Shown in pieces: positions 9,914 to 20,504 of a DNA stretch of 64,000 bases; the stretch's first letter is position 1; each line of letters starts with the position of its first letter. The DNA comes from an uncultured Gammaproteobacteria bacterium. Its GTDB lineage: Bacteria > Patescibacteriota > Patescibacteriia > Patescibacteriales > UBA12465. The notes beneath the pieces are model-generated. The model was not told the origin of the DNA. It ran no database searches and saw nothing but the letters and a program-made list of their open reading frames with translations. Location of the stretch: positions 13,182 through 77,181 of the forward strand of contig CAZPPL010000004.1 in NCBI GenBank assembly GCA_964588465.1. Reading direction: 5' to 3'. The translations under genes and the position numbers were made by a program.

Positions 9914-11344
9914 ATGTTAGAAAAAATTAAGAGCTTTATTCCCAGCAAATTATTTTCAACTTTCCAACCGCTATATCATTATTTGTTGGCTCTCTTGGCC
10001 GCTTTAATTTATCGTTTTCCTAGCCAAAAATTGATTGTTATCGGAGTTACTGGCACCGCTGGAAAAACTTCCACAGTATATTTAATAGCCCAGATGTTAA
10101 GTAAAGCTGGTTATAAAACCGGTTTTAGCTCCACGGCAGTTTTTTCAGATGGTAATCATGAATGGTTAAATGATCAAAAAATGACTATGCCTGGGAAGTT
10201 CTTCATTCCTCGTTTATTAAGAAAGATGGTTAAGAATAATTGTATTTATGCTATTGTAGAGACTACTTCTGAGGGTATAAAACAATTTCGTCATCGTTTC
10301 ATAAATTATGATGTTATAGTTTTTACTGGTCTTTACCCTGAACATTTAGAAGCTCACGGTAGTTTTGAAAATTATAAAAAAACTAAAGGTAAATTGTTTG
10401 CTCATTTAGAAAATTGTCGTGTTAAATATATTAATAATAAACGACAAGTTGTTAATCCGAGTAATGAACTTAATAAATTAGATTTATCTCGGGTTATTAA
10501 AACTATTATTGTGAACGGAGATGATAAACAAGTTGATTATTTTATAGATTTTAGCAGTCAAGCTAAAGTAGTATTTACCACTCATCCTTCATTAAGTGAA
10601 GAATTTTTTCTTCAAAAATTATCGCCTCCGGCTCAAGTAAAAGATTTTACCTTACTTCTAGGAAAAAATATACGAGCGGATGCTAGTGGCACCAGTTTAG
10701 ATATTAATGACCATAATATAGATTTGAAACTATTAGGAGAATTTAATGCTTTTAATGCTTTAGCAACAGCAGCTGTAGGCCTAAACCAAAATTTATCTTG
10801 GGGGCAAATTAAGTCAGGGCTGGAAAGTGTTAGCGCTTTAGCTGGTAAACTGGAGATACTTAATTTTGGTCAAGATTTTACAGTGATTGTTGATTATTCT
10901 TTTGAACCTAGAGCGGTACAGAAATTATATGATACGGTTAAACTTATTTCTCATAATAAAATCATTCATGTTTTAGGTTCAACTGGAGGGGGTCGCGATA
11001 AGTCTCGTCGGCCAGTGCTGGGTAATTTGGCTGGGAAACAAGCTGATATAGTTATTGTAACCAATGAAGATCCTTATGATGAAGATCCTGCCCTAATTAT
11101 TGACTCCGTAGCTAGTGGTGCTAAACGAGCTGGTAAACAAATCAATAAAAATTTGTTTAAGATTTTAGACCGCCGAGAGGGGATTAAAAAAGCTTTAGAA
11201 TTAGCCGAAAAGAATGATCTAGTGTTACTAACCGGCAAAGGAGCAGAACAATTTATTTGTGTTGCTAGTGGTAAAAAAATAGTTTGGGACGAACGAACCG
11301 TAGTTCGGGAGATTGTGGATAAACTGTGTATTGACAAAAAATAG
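9914..11344 (+). CDS. murE: Mur ligase family protein, MurE-like (UDP-MurNAc-tripeptide synthetase)
   Basis: IGVTGTAGKTST is the P-loop of Mur ligases, and the C-terminal domain contains VIVTNEDPY. The third-residue specificity cannot be called because the DNPR motif is absent. Confidence 0.7.
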   Translation: MLEKIKSFIPSKLFSTFQPLYHYLLALLAALIYRFPSQKLIVIGVTGTAGKTSTVYLIAQMLSKAGYKTGFSSTAVFSDGNHEWLNDQKMTMPGKFFIPRLLRKMVKNNCIYAIVETTSEGIKQFRHRFINYDVIVFTGLYPEHLEAHGSFENYKKTKGKLFAHLENCRVKYINNKRQVVNPSNELNKLDLSRVIKTIIVNGDDKQVDYFIDFSSQAKVVFTTHPSLSEEFFLQKLSPPAQVKDFTLLLGKNIRADASGTSLDINDHNIDLKLLGEFNAFNALATAAVGLNQNLSWGQIKSGLESVSALAGKLEILNFGQDFTVIVDYSFEPRAVQKLYDTVKLISHNKIIHVLGSTGGGRDKSRRPVLGNLAGKQADIVIVTNEDPYDEDPALIIDSVASGAKRAGKQINKNLFKILDRREGIKKALELAEKNDLVLLTGKGAEQFICVASGKKIVWDERTVVREIVDKLCIDKK

Positions 11345-11533
11345 TAAATATAATATTATAAGGATATATTAACGCTTTTTTACCTAAAAAGTGATTTATC
11401 AAAAAAATAATTAATTGAATAATTTTTGTAACTCAGACCAAATGGAATGAGCATTTTTTTGTTGCTGGATGAGCATTTTTTTGTTAGATAAATTCTTGTT
11501 TTTTAATTCTTTTCTATTTTAAAATATATTTAT

Positions 11534-14500
11534 ATGTCTAAACGAAAATCATTTTCTGACTTGAAGGCAATTATGCCCATGCCAGACTTAATTGAGATCC
11601 AGACGGATAGTTATAAATGGTTTTTGAAAGAAGGGCTAACTGAGCTTTTTGAAGAAATTAATCCAGTAACAGATTTTATCGGACGGGATCTAGAATTGTA
11701 TTTTGAAGATTATTATTTGGAAGAGCCAAAGTTTTCTGAATCAGAAAGTCGTCGAAAGAATGTTACTTTTGAAGCGCCCTTACGAGTTAAAATGCGACTA
11801 ATTAATAAAAAAAGTAAGAGATCTCTTAATCAAGAGGTCTTTTTAGGCGATTTTCCTCTAATGACTGAACGAGGAACCTTTATTATCAATGGTATTGAGC
11901 GAGTGGTAGTCTCTCAATTAATTCGTAGTGCTGGAGTGATGTTCACTGCTGAATTTATTAAAGGTAAAAAATGTTATGGAGCTAAAGTTATTCCTAATCG
12001 CGGAGCTTGGTTAGAAATTGAGTCTGATATTAATAAAGTAATTTGGGTGCGCATAGATCGTAAACGAAAAGTAGCGATTACTTCACTATTACGGGCTTTT
12101 GGATATGAAAGTGATGAAGAATTAATCAAATTATTTGCTGATGTAGACCTAGTTAAAAATACAGAAGAAAAATCTTTTATGGAGGCCACTATCGCTAAAG
12201 ATATTGCTAAAAATGAAGCCGAAGGTCTACAAGAAGTTTATCGTCGGATTCGTCCTGGTGATTTAGCTTCAGTTGATAATGCCCGCCAATTGATTCATGC
12301 TATGTTTTTTCGTTTTGATCGTTATGATTTTGGTAGAGTTGGACGTTATAAACTAAATCGCCGTTTTAATTTGAATCTCTCTTCTGCTAAAAGAGAAAAT
12401 CGTATTTTACGCAAAGAGGATCTAGTTTTAATTGTTAAAGAAATTATTAGATTAAATATTACTAAAGAGCCAGAAGATGATATTGATCATTTAGGGAACC
12501 GTCGGGTCAGAGCTGTAGGAGGTTTAATTCAAAATCGTTTTCGGGTAGGACTGGCTAGAATGGAACGTATCATCAGGGACAGGATGTCTACCTCAGACGT
12601 GGTTTCTTTAACTCCTTCTAGACTAATTAATGCTCGTCCAGTTATTGGAGTAATTAGGGAATTTTTTATGTCTTCTCAATTATCTCAGTTTATGGATCAG
12701 ACTAATCCTTTGGCTGAACTAGAGCATAAACGTCGTTTATCAGCTATGGGTCCTGGTGGTTTAACTCGAGAACGAGCTGGTTTTGATGTTCGTGATGTAC
12801 ATACTACGCACTACGGTCGTATTTGTCCAATTGCTACTCCGGAAGGACCTAATATTGGTTTAGTAGGACACTTAGCCAGCTATGCTTATTTAAATAGTTA
12901 TGGGTTTTTGGAAACTCCATATCGTAAGGTTACCCATGGTAGTAAAGGAAGTCGGGCTACTAGTGAGATTGTTTATCTAGATGCTTTTGAAGAAGAGAAA
13001 TATATTACGGCCGACGCTACTATTCCTATGGATAAGAATAGTCATTTCTTGGTGGATAAATTTGAAGTAAGAAAAAATGGACAACCTGGTATGTCTCAAG
13101 TTGATAAAATTGATTTTGTAGCTATAGCGGCCAATCAGATTATTTCTATTGCTACTTCACTTATTCCTTTTATGGAACATAATGATGGGCAGCGGTCTCT
13201 TATGGGGACTAATATGCAACGTCAGGCTGTTCCTTTGATTAATAGTGAATCACCGATTGTAGGCACAGGCATGGAAGCCCGAGCGGCTCGCGATAGTGGT
13301 CATATTATTTTAGCTGATGGTGATGGGGTTATTACTAAAGTAGAAGCCGCTACTATTGAATTAAAAACTAAGAAAGGAAAACTCATCACTTATCAATTAA
13401 ATAAATTTTTACGTTCTAATTCTTCTACTTGTATCAATCAACATCCAGTTGTAGAAGTTAATCAAAAGGTTAAAAAAGGGGATATTCTTTCCGACGGTCC
13501 AGCAATTGATGATGGGGAACTATCTTTGGGAAGAAATGTTTTAGTAGCTTTTATGACTTGGGAAGGTTTTAATTATGAAGATGCAATCATTATTTCTCAG
13601 CGGATGGTAAAAGATGACATCTTTTCTTCTATTCATATTGAAAATTATAAAATTGATGTTCGTGATACCAAATTAGGGCCAGAGCTTATTACTAATGATA
13701 TACCTAATATTAGTGAAGAAAAATTAAAGAATCTAGATGAAGAAGGAATTATTAATATTGGAGCTGAGGTGTCCAGTGGCGATATTTTAGTAGGTAAAAT
13801 TACTCCTAAAGGTGAGACCACCCTATCTGCTGAAGAAAAATTATTACGGGCTATTTTTGGCGATAAAGCTAAAGATGTAAGAGATTCTTCTCTGTATTTA
13901 GAACATGGTGAACATGGCAAGGTGGTAGATATTAAAATATTCTCTCGTGAAAATGGTGATAAATTATCTGCTGGAGTTTTAAAATCTATTCAAATCGCTG
14001 TAGCTAATCTACGTAAGATACAAGTCGGTGATAAGATGTCTGGTCGTCATGGGAATAAGGGGGTTATTTCTCGGGTAGTACCCATCGAAGATATGCCTTT
14101 TATGGCCGACGGCACTCCTATTGATGTAATCCTTTCTCCTCTAGGGATTATCTCTCGTATGAATTTAGGGCAATTGTTGGAGACTCATATGGGTTTTGCT
14201 GCTCATAAGCTAGGTTATAAGGTGGTTACCCCAGCTTTAAACGGTATTACTGAAGAACAAATTAAACATGAATTAAAAACAGCAGGTTTACCAGAGAATG
14301 GAAAAGTTACTTTATATGATGGTAAAACTGGTCTGCCTTATGATCATGAAATCACCGTAGGCCATAAATATATTTTAAAACTTAATCACATGGTGGAAGA
14401 TAAGATTCATCAAAGAGCTATCGGTCCCTATTCTTTAATTACCCAGCAACCTTTAGGGGGTAAAGCTCAATTCGGAGGACAGAGATTTGGTGAAATGGAA

Positions 14501-14800
14501 GTATGGGCTTTAGAAGGCTATGGAGCTGCCCATACTCTACAGGAAATGTTGACTATTAAATCCGACGATGTCCCCGGTCGCAGTAAAGCCTATGAATCTA
14601 TTATTAAAGGAGAAGAAATTGAGGAATTAAATATTCCTGAATCTTTTAATGTTTTAATTAGAGAATTAAAGGGCTTGGGTTTAAATGTAGAATTATTAAA
14701 TAAAGAAAAAAGTACGCCAGCTTCCGAGGTAATTACCGAGGTAGATGCTGAAATTGAAAAAGAAGAAGAATTAATTAATGATAAACCGGCAATAATTTAA
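11534..14800 (+). CDS. rpoB: DNA-directed RNA polymerase subunit beta
   Basis: Conserved blocks are present, including FMDQTNPLAELEHKRRLSA, MGTNMQRQAVPL, GRHGNKGVIS and FGEMEVWALEGYGAA. Confidence 0.97.
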   Translation: MSKRKSFSDLKAIMPMPDLIEIQTDSYKWFLKEGLTELFEEINPVTDFIGRDLELYFEDYYLEEPKFSESESRRKNVTFEAPLRVKMRLINKKSKRSLNQEVFLGDFPLMTERGTFIINGIERVVVSQLIRSAGVMFTAEFIKGKKCYGAKVIPNRGAWLEIESDINKVIWVRIDRKRKVAITSLLRAFGYESDEELIKLFADVDLVKNTEEKSFMEATIAKDIAKNEAEGLQEVYRRIRPGDLASVDNARQLIHAMFFRFDRYDFGRVGRYKLNRRFNLNLSSAKRENRILRKEDLVLIVKEIIRLNITKEPEDDIDHLGNRRVRAVGGLIQNRFRVGLARMERIIRDRMSTSDVVSLTPSRLINARPVIGVIREFFMSSQLSQFMDQTNPLAELEHKRRLSAMGPGGLTRERAGFDVRDVHTTHYGRICPIATPEGPNIGLVGHLASYAYLNSYGFLETPYRKVTHGSKGSRATSEIVYLDAFEEEKYITADATIPMDKNSHFLVDKFEVRKNGQPGMSQVDKIDFVAIAANQIISIATSLIPFMEHNDGQRSLMGTNMQRQAVPLINSESPIVGTGMEARAARDSGHIILADGDGVITKVEAATIELKTKKGKLITYQLNKFLRSNSSTCINQHPVVEVNQKVKKGDILSDGPAIDDGELSLGRNVLVAFMTWEGFNYEDAIIISQRMVKDDIFSSIHIENYKIDVRDTKLGPELITNDIPNISEEKLKNLDEEGIINIGAEVSSGDILVGKITPKGETTLSAEEKLLRAIFGDKAKDVRDSSLYLEHGEHGKVVDIKIFSRENGDKLSAGVLKSIQIAVANLRKIQVGDKMSGRHGNKGVISRVVPIEDMPFMADGTPIDVILSPLGIISRMNLGQLLETHMGFAAHKLGYKVVTPALNGITEEQIKHELKTAGLPENGKVTLYDGKTGLPYDHEITVGHKYILKLNHMVEDKIHQRAIGPYSLITQQPLGGKAQFGGQRFGEMEVWALEGYGAAHTLQEMLTIKSDDVPGRSKAYESIIKGEEIEELNIPESFNVLIRELKGLGLNVELLNKEKSTPASEVITEVDAEIEKEEELINDKPAII

Positions 14801-14805
14801 AATAT

Positions 14806-17800
14806 ATGTTAAATCCTATTAAAACTAGTGATTTTTCCGCTATTCGTCTACGTTTAGCTAGTCCGGAGGAAATTTTAGCTTGGTCACATGGTGAAGTCAT
14901 TCGCCCCGAGACCATTAATTATCGGACTCAAAAACCAGAGAAGGATGGTTTATTCTGCGAAAAAATTTTTGGTCCGACTAAAGACTGGGAGTGTGCTTGT
15001 GGCAAATATAAAAAAATTCGTTATAAAGGTATTGTTTGTGATAAGTGTGGGGTAGAAGTTACTCGTAGTATTGTTCGCCGGGAACGTTTAGGACATATTA
15101 ATTTACGGGTACCAGTTTCCCATATTTGGTTTTTAAGGGGTTTGTCTTCTAAAATTGGTCTATTATTAGGTTTAGGCATTCAGTCTTTGGAAAAAGTTAT
15201 TTACTATGCTAGTTTTATTGTTACTGACGTAGATGAAGGGCTGAAACAAAGCACTATTGATCAGGTTAAGGCCGAATATAAATCTAAAATTAAGAATATT
15301 GATAACGATTATAAGGTACAAATTAAGAATATTAAACAAACCAAAACTAATGATTCTAGCGATCAATCAGAAACAAAAGAACTAAATAAATTAAAAGCAG
15401 AACGCTTGGAGCGTTTAGAAGAAGATTTTTCTTTAGTTTTAAAAGAATTAAAAGATTTAAAACCGTTATTGATTCTGTCCGAACAACAGTATCAAGAATT
15501 AAGTAAAAAGTTCGGGCATATTTTTGAAGCCTCTATCGGTGCTGAGGCCATTCGCTTATTACTAGCTAAGATTGATTTAGACACTAGTGTGATTGAGTCG
15601 GAAGAAAAATTAAAAACTATTATTGATTCTAAAAAAGAGCGACTTATCAAGCGTTTAAAACTCTTAAAAGGTTTTCGTAATAATAATATTCGTCCTGAAT
15701 GGATGATTATGACGGTTATGCCCGTGGTACCTCCAGACTTACGCCCTATGGTAGCCTTAGACGGTGGTCGTTTTGCTGCTTCAGATTTGAACGATTTATA
15801 TCGTCGTATTATTAATCGTAATAATCGTTTACAGCAATTAATTGATTTAAATGCTCCAGAGGTAATCTGTCGTAATGAAAAAAGAATGTTGCAGGAAGCC
15901 GTAGATGCTTTAATTGATAATAGTGCTCGGCATACTAAAACCGTTACCGCTTCTACGGGACAAAAACGACAATTAAAATCTTTAGCCGATACTTTAAAAG
16001 GTAAACAAGGACGTTTTCGTCAAAATTTACTAGGTAAACGGGTTGATTATTCTGGTCGTTCAGTTATTGTAGTTAATCCTCATCTCAGTTTGGATCAATG
16101 TGGTTTACCGAAGATAATGGCTCTAGAATTATTTAAACCTTTTGTTATTTCCCAACTGATTAAGCGAGAGATTGTTCATAATGTTCGTAGTGCTTCACGT
16201 TATATGGAAGGAGGACATGACGAAGTATGGGATATTCTAGAAGAAATTGTTAAAAAATCTTTTGTACTTCTAAATCGGGCTCCAACTCTGCATCGTCTAG
16301 GTATTCAGGCTTTTAGACCAATTTTGATTGAGGGTAAAGCTATTCAGATCCATCCTTTGGTATGTACCGCTTTTAATGCTGATTTTGATGGTGATCAAAT
16401 GGCAGTTCATGTACCTTTGACTAAAGAGGCACGGCATGAAGCAGAAACTTTAATGCTGTCTTCTCATAATTTATTAAAACCGGCCACAGGAGAACCAATT
16501 ATTGTCCCTGGTCAAGATATTGTTTGGGGTACTTATTATATGACTTTAGTTAATAAGGATTATGATACTAAGCCCGAAAACAGTATGCATTATTTCTATA
16601 ATTTTGATGAAGCTTTGTTAGCCTATGATAACAATGGTATTGATCTACATGAAGCTATCTTAGTACGATATGAGGGCAAACGGTTTAAAACTACAGTCGG
16701 TCGTTTAATTTTGAATTCTTTATTGCCTAAGAAATTACGTTATCTTAATGAGATGGTGGGCAAAAGTAAATTAAAAGAATTAATTAAAGATACGCTGATA
16801 ATTTATGGAGAGGAAGAAACCGTTAAATTTATTGATGATTTAAAAAACCGTAGTTTTGCTTTTATTACTAAATCAGGGCTATCTTGGGGCTTTGGTGATC
16901 TACCTAGTTTGCCAGAAAAAGATCATTTAATTTCTGATACCAATAAAAGAGTAGAATTGATTCAGGAGCAATATAATGAGGGACTATTAACTGACAGTGA
17001 ACGTCATGCTAAAGTGATTGAAGAATGGACTAATACTAAAGACAAAATTGCGGAAATATGTAAACAAGGTCTATTAGATGTCCTGCCAGTATATTCTATG
17101 ATTGACTCTGGGGCTCGGGGTTCTTGGGCTCAGCCAGTTCAAATTCTAGGTATGAAGGGTTTAGTAACTTCTCCTTCGGGAGCAATTTTTGAATTACCAG
17201 TTAAAGGTAATTTTAAAGAAGGTTTTGGAGTTTTGGAATATTTTATTTCTACCCATGGAGTACGTAAGGGTTTATCCGATACTGCTCTTAGAACTGCTAA
17301 TGCTGGTTATTTAACCCGACGTTTAGTTGATGTTTCCCAAGATGTAATTATTTCCGAAGAAGATTGTGGTGATGACATTGGATTAGATTTAAATCGTTTA
17401 GAGGTAGAAAATGAAGGAGAAGATTTTTTCAAGAGGATCATCGGTCGTTATTTAGCTAAAGATCTTAAAGATAAAAAGGGTAAACTAGTTTTAAAGGCTG
17501 GAGAGTTATTAGGAGAAGAAAATATTAAATTGTTAAAAACTAAAGATATTGTTGATATTTGTGTACGTTCAGTATTGAGTTGTCGTATGCATAAAGGAAT
17601 TTGTGCTAAATGCTACGGTTGGGATTTAGCCTATAATAAAGTAGTGAAGATGGGAGCAACCGTAGGTATTATCGCTGCTCAGTCTATTGGTGAGCCGGGT
17701 ACGCAATTAACTCTACGTACTTTTCATGCTGGTGGTGTAGCTGGCTCTGATGATATTACTCAAGGCTTACCTCGGGTAGAGGAAATTTTTGAAGCTCGTT

Positions 17801-18747
17801 CTCCTAAGAAAAAAGCTTTAATTTCTGATGTAGATGGACGGGTTAAGATTGAATTTGCTCAAAAGATTATTCAGGATAAGGATGGACAAGAAATTTCTGT
17901 AGATAATCCTCAAGCTAAAATTCTTAGTATTTATTATAAAGGCCAAGATCAAGATAAATATTATTTTTCTGAAAAAATTAATGAATTAAAATTATCGGGA
18001 GGTTTAAGCGCTAAAGATGCTAAGAAATTAGATATTAAGGTTTTGGTTAAAACTGGCGACAAAATAACTAAGAACTCTGAATTATTTAAAATTGGTAGTG
18101 AAGTAGTACGGGCGACGTCTAGTGGAATTATTAGTGTAGAAGAGAAATATGTTGGTATTACTAAAAAAGTAGAAAAGGTTAAAGAATTTTCAATTTTAAA
18201 GGGAACGGTAATGATGGTTAAAGACGGACAAGAGATTAAGCGTGGTCTACAATTGACTGAAGGTAGTTTAGATTTAAGAGAGCTGTATAAATTAAAAGGA
18301 CGTTTAGAGACTCAGAAGTATATTATTAGAGAAATTCAATATGTTTATGGTTCCCAGGGGCAACCCTTAAATGATAAACATGTAGAAATTATTGCTCGTC
18401 AGATGTTCTCTCGTTATCTAATTATTGAGTCTGGTGATAGTGATGTTTTGCCCGGAGAAACCGTTGAAGAAGAAGTCCTAGAACAAGCTAATCGGAAGCT
18501 TAAGAAACCAGCTAAAGCACAACGATTATTGTTAGGTATCACCAAGGCCTCCTTAACTACTGATAGTTTCTTATCAGCAGCCTCATTTCAAGAAACTTCA
18601 CGAGTTCTGATTGACGCCGCGGTTAATGGTAAAATAGATTATCTAGAAGGTTTGAAAGAAAATGTAATTATTGGTTGTTTAATTCCTGCTGGAACTGGAT
18701 ATACTGGGAAAAAGAAACGTTTTGATTATAGTAAATTAACGAAATAA
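14806..18747 (+). CDS. rpoC: DNA-directed RNA polymerase subunit beta'
   Basis: The zinc finger is CACGKYKKIRYKGIVCDKCGVEV. NADFDGDQMAVH is the catalytic motif. LNRAPTLHRLGIQAF is also present. Confidence 0.97.
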   Translation: MLNPIKTSDFSAIRLRLASPEEILAWSHGEVIRPETINYRTQKPEKDGLFCEKIFGPTKDWECACGKYKKIRYKGIVCDKCGVEVTRSIVRRERLGHINLRVPVSHIWFLRGLSSKIGLLLGLGIQSLEKVIYYASFIVTDVDEGLKQSTIDQVKAEYKSKIKNIDNDYKVQIKNIKQTKTNDSSDQSETKELNKLKAERLERLEEDFSLVLKELKDLKPLLILSEQQYQELSKKFGHIFEASIGAEAIRLLLAKIDLDTSVIESEEKLKTIIDSKKERLIKRLKLLKGFRNNNIRPEWMIMTVMPVVPPDLRPMVALDGGRFAASDLNDLYRRIINRNNRLQQLIDLNAPEVICRNEKRMLQEAVDALIDNSARHTKTVTASTGQKRQLKSLADTLKGKQGRFRQNLLGKRVDYSGRSVIVVNPHLSLDQCGLPKIMALELFKPFVISQLIKREIVHNVRSASRYMEGGHDEVWDILEEIVKKSFVLLNRAPTLHRLGIQAFRPILIEGKAIQIHPLVCTAFNADFDGDQMAVHVPLTKEARHEAETLMLSSHNLLKPATGEPIIVPGQDIVWGTYYMTLVNKDYDTKPENSMHYFYNFDEALLAYDNNGIDLHEAILVRYEGKRFKTTVGRLILNSLLPKKLRYLNEMVGKSKLKELIKDTLIIYGEEETVKFIDDLKNRSFAFITKSGLSWGFGDLPSLPEKDHLISDTNKRVELIQEQYNEGLLTDSERHAKVIEEWTNTKDKIAEICKQGLLDVLPVYSMIDSGARGSWAQPVQILGMKGLVTSPSGAIFELPVKGNFKEGFGVLEYFISTHGVRKGLSDTALRTANAGYLTRRLVDVSQDVIISEEDCGDDIGLDLNRLEVENEGEDFFKRIIGRYLAKDLKDKKGKLVLKAGELLGEENIKLLKTKDIVDICVRSVLSCRMHKGICAKCYGWDLAYNKVVKMGATVGIIAAQSIGEPGTQLTLRTFHAGGVAGSDDITQGLPRVEEIFEARSPKKKALISDVDGRVKIEFAQKIIQDKDGQEISVDNPQAKILSIYYKGQDQDKYYFSEKINELKLSGGLSAKDAKKLDIKVLVKTGDKITKNSELFKIGSEVVRATSSGIISVEEKYVGITKKVEKVKEFSILKGTVMMVKDGQEIKRGLQLTEGSLDLRELYKLKGRLETQKYIIREIQYVYGSQGQPLNDKHVEIIARQMFSRYLIIESGDSDVLPGETVEEEVLEQANRKLKKPAKAQRLLLGITKASLTTDSFLSAASFQETSRVLIDAAVNGKIDYLEGLKENVIIGCLIPAGTGYTGKKKRFDYSKLTK

Positions 18748-18775
18748 AAAGAACAGATATTTAGAATAATATAAT

Positions 18776-18803
18776 AAAGAGGGGGATATTCCCCTTTTTT
18801 TAT
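18776..18803 (+). terminator. Rho-independent terminator after rpoC
   Basis: aaagagggg-gatatt-cccctttttttatt has a GGGG/CCCC stem extended by A:U pairs, followed by a T-tract. Confidence 0.6.
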
Positions 18804-18831
18804 TGTTAGAAATATCGTAGTATATAGATAT

Positions 18832-20313
18832 ATGTTAAAATCATTTTTGTCAAAATGGTCATTTTTATCTAAATTGCCTTTATTTTTGGGGCTGATTTTA
18901 TTGTTTTTAATAGTCTGTTTAATATATTTTAAAATTGTACCTCTAGGTCATATTACTTATAGTCGTAGTTGGCCTACTAGTTGGAAATTAGGGCAAGGTT
19001 TTATTAGTAATTTAAAACCAGACAATCGTTTAGATTTTAGTAATCCCCGGGTTCCTAAAATAATTGGCCAACCAATTTATTTCACTGTATTTACTCCTCG
19101 TAGATTTAATACCGCTATAATGACGGTTCAATATCGTAGTGAGCTTAGTTCTAGTACTCCCATCATTGAATTAGGGCTTCTGAAGGATCAATTAACTGAG
19201 GCTTATAATCTACAACCCCTAGAGAATGATATCTTGGCTCATTGGCGTTCTAAGTGGTTTCAGCTACCAGCTTCTAATTCGCTCTTAATCCTGCAAGCTC
19301 ATAAGAATTATTCTTCTTCGCTTCAGTTTTTAAGCGATTTATCCTCGGGATTTTTAAAAGATTGCCCTCGTGGTCCCATAAATTGTGTGGCAGTTTATAA
19401 TTATTCCACTAAAATTAATTATTCTCTACCTAACAATGTTTTACTTCGCCCTTTGACCATTACTCAGCCTCTGCGAGGAGCTCACCAGTTTTATTTATAT
19501 TTAAGAGATAAACCTTGGTATCTTGATTTAGAGTTTGCTTACCTGCGCCAAGATTCTAAGCCTGATCCAATAACTGTTAATATTTGGTTTAATCACCAGA
19601 TAGTTTGGACTAAGACTATTTTAGATACTAATTTTAAAACTCCCAGAACTGGAAAATTGGAGACTAAAAGTTTACATTTTAGTGCTTTATCTCAGCCTGC
19701 GGGAGTATATAAAGTAGAAATAAAAATTAGTCCTGATGTAGTTATTAAAAAAATTGAGAGTTCTTCTAATAAATTAGCTATAATACATAAGATTTGGCCA
19801 GTTTCTGGTACAGGGAATTTAAATTTATTTACCGATGCTAAACATCTGCGAGTACAAAGCTCTAATCCTGCTAGTTTAGGTAAAATTATTTTTGGGGGAA
19901 GAAGTTTTAATTTCAATAAAACTTACCAAGCTTTCAATTATCTATCTCCACTTAATGACTCTAGGATAAAATTAAAGAAAGATGATATAATTCTAGAAGA
20001 CAATGGAGTTTTTTCTTTTAGTCCTTCCAGCTTATTTAATCCTGGACTTAAGCAAGTGGATCGTTATTTTTCTCCAGGTCGGCAGGTAAAATATATTATT
20101 GCCCGCTATAGAGCTCCTCAGGAAAAATCAGGGCTGAAGACTGCTACCGCTCAATTTAATTTAGTAGGAGCTCCTCGGGTAGCTGGTCATTATACTTTTG
20201 TAATTTCCATTCCTGGTCTGAGTAATAAAAAGGGGGTTCTAAAATATTTAGAAATTAAAAAAATTAATGTGAGTTTACAGGGAAAAACTTTATGGCAAAG
20301 ACTTCGGTTTTAG
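18832..20313 (+). CDS. Hypothetical N-terminally membrane-anchored exported protein
   Basis: 493-aa ORF with one N-terminal hydrophobic helix (LPLFLGLILLFLIVCLIYF). I recognise no family. Confidence 0.5.
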   Translation: MLKSFLSKWSFLSKLPLFLGLILLFLIVCLIYFKIVPLGHITYSRSWPTSWKLGQGFISNLKPDNRLDFSNPRVPKIIGQPIYFTVFTPRRFNTAIMTVQYRSELSSSTPIIELGLLKDQLTEAYNLQPLENDILAHWRSKWFQLPASNSLLILQAHKNYSSSLQFLSDLSSGFLKDCPRGPINCVAVYNYSTKINYSLPNNVLLRPLTITQPLRGAHQFYLYLRDKPWYLDLEFAYLRQDSKPDPITVNIWFNHQIVWTKTILDTNFKTPRTGKLETKSLHFSALSQPAGVYKVEIKISPDVVIKKIESSSNKLAIIHKIWPVSGTGNLNLFTDAKHLRVQSSNPASLGKIIFGGRSFNFNKTYQAFNYLSPLNDSRIKLKKDDIILEDNGVFSFSPSSLFNPGLKQVDRYFSPGRQVKYIIARYRAPQEKSGLKTATAQFNLVGAPRVAGHYTFVISIPGLSNKKGVLKYLEIKKINVSLQGKTLWQRLRF

Positions 20314-20468
20314 TTTTATCAGAAATTTTTTATTTTTTTACCTTAGCCCTAGGTTTAGGTATTATTTTAGAAATTTTTTGGCCAGGCATTATTTTAGTTT
20401 ATTTTAATTTAAATTATTTATTAATTTTCTGGTTGATTAGTGCTTTTATTTTATTAATTAAATCATAA
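20292..20468 (+). CDS. Possible small hydrophobic protein (58 aa), below the ORF-track cutoff
   Basis: ATG at 20292 and TAA at 20466-20468. It translates as MAKTSVLVLSEIFYFFTLALGLGIILEIFWPGIILVYFNLNYLLIFWLISAFILLIKS, which gives two predicted TM helices. It fills an otherwise empty gap. Confidence 0.3.
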   Translation: MAKTSVLVLSEIFYFFTLALGLGIILEIFWPGIILVYFNLNYLLIFWLISAFILLIKS

Positions 20469-20504
20469 TTTTGTTTGTTTTAAATATTTAATATCATTAA
20501 ATTT

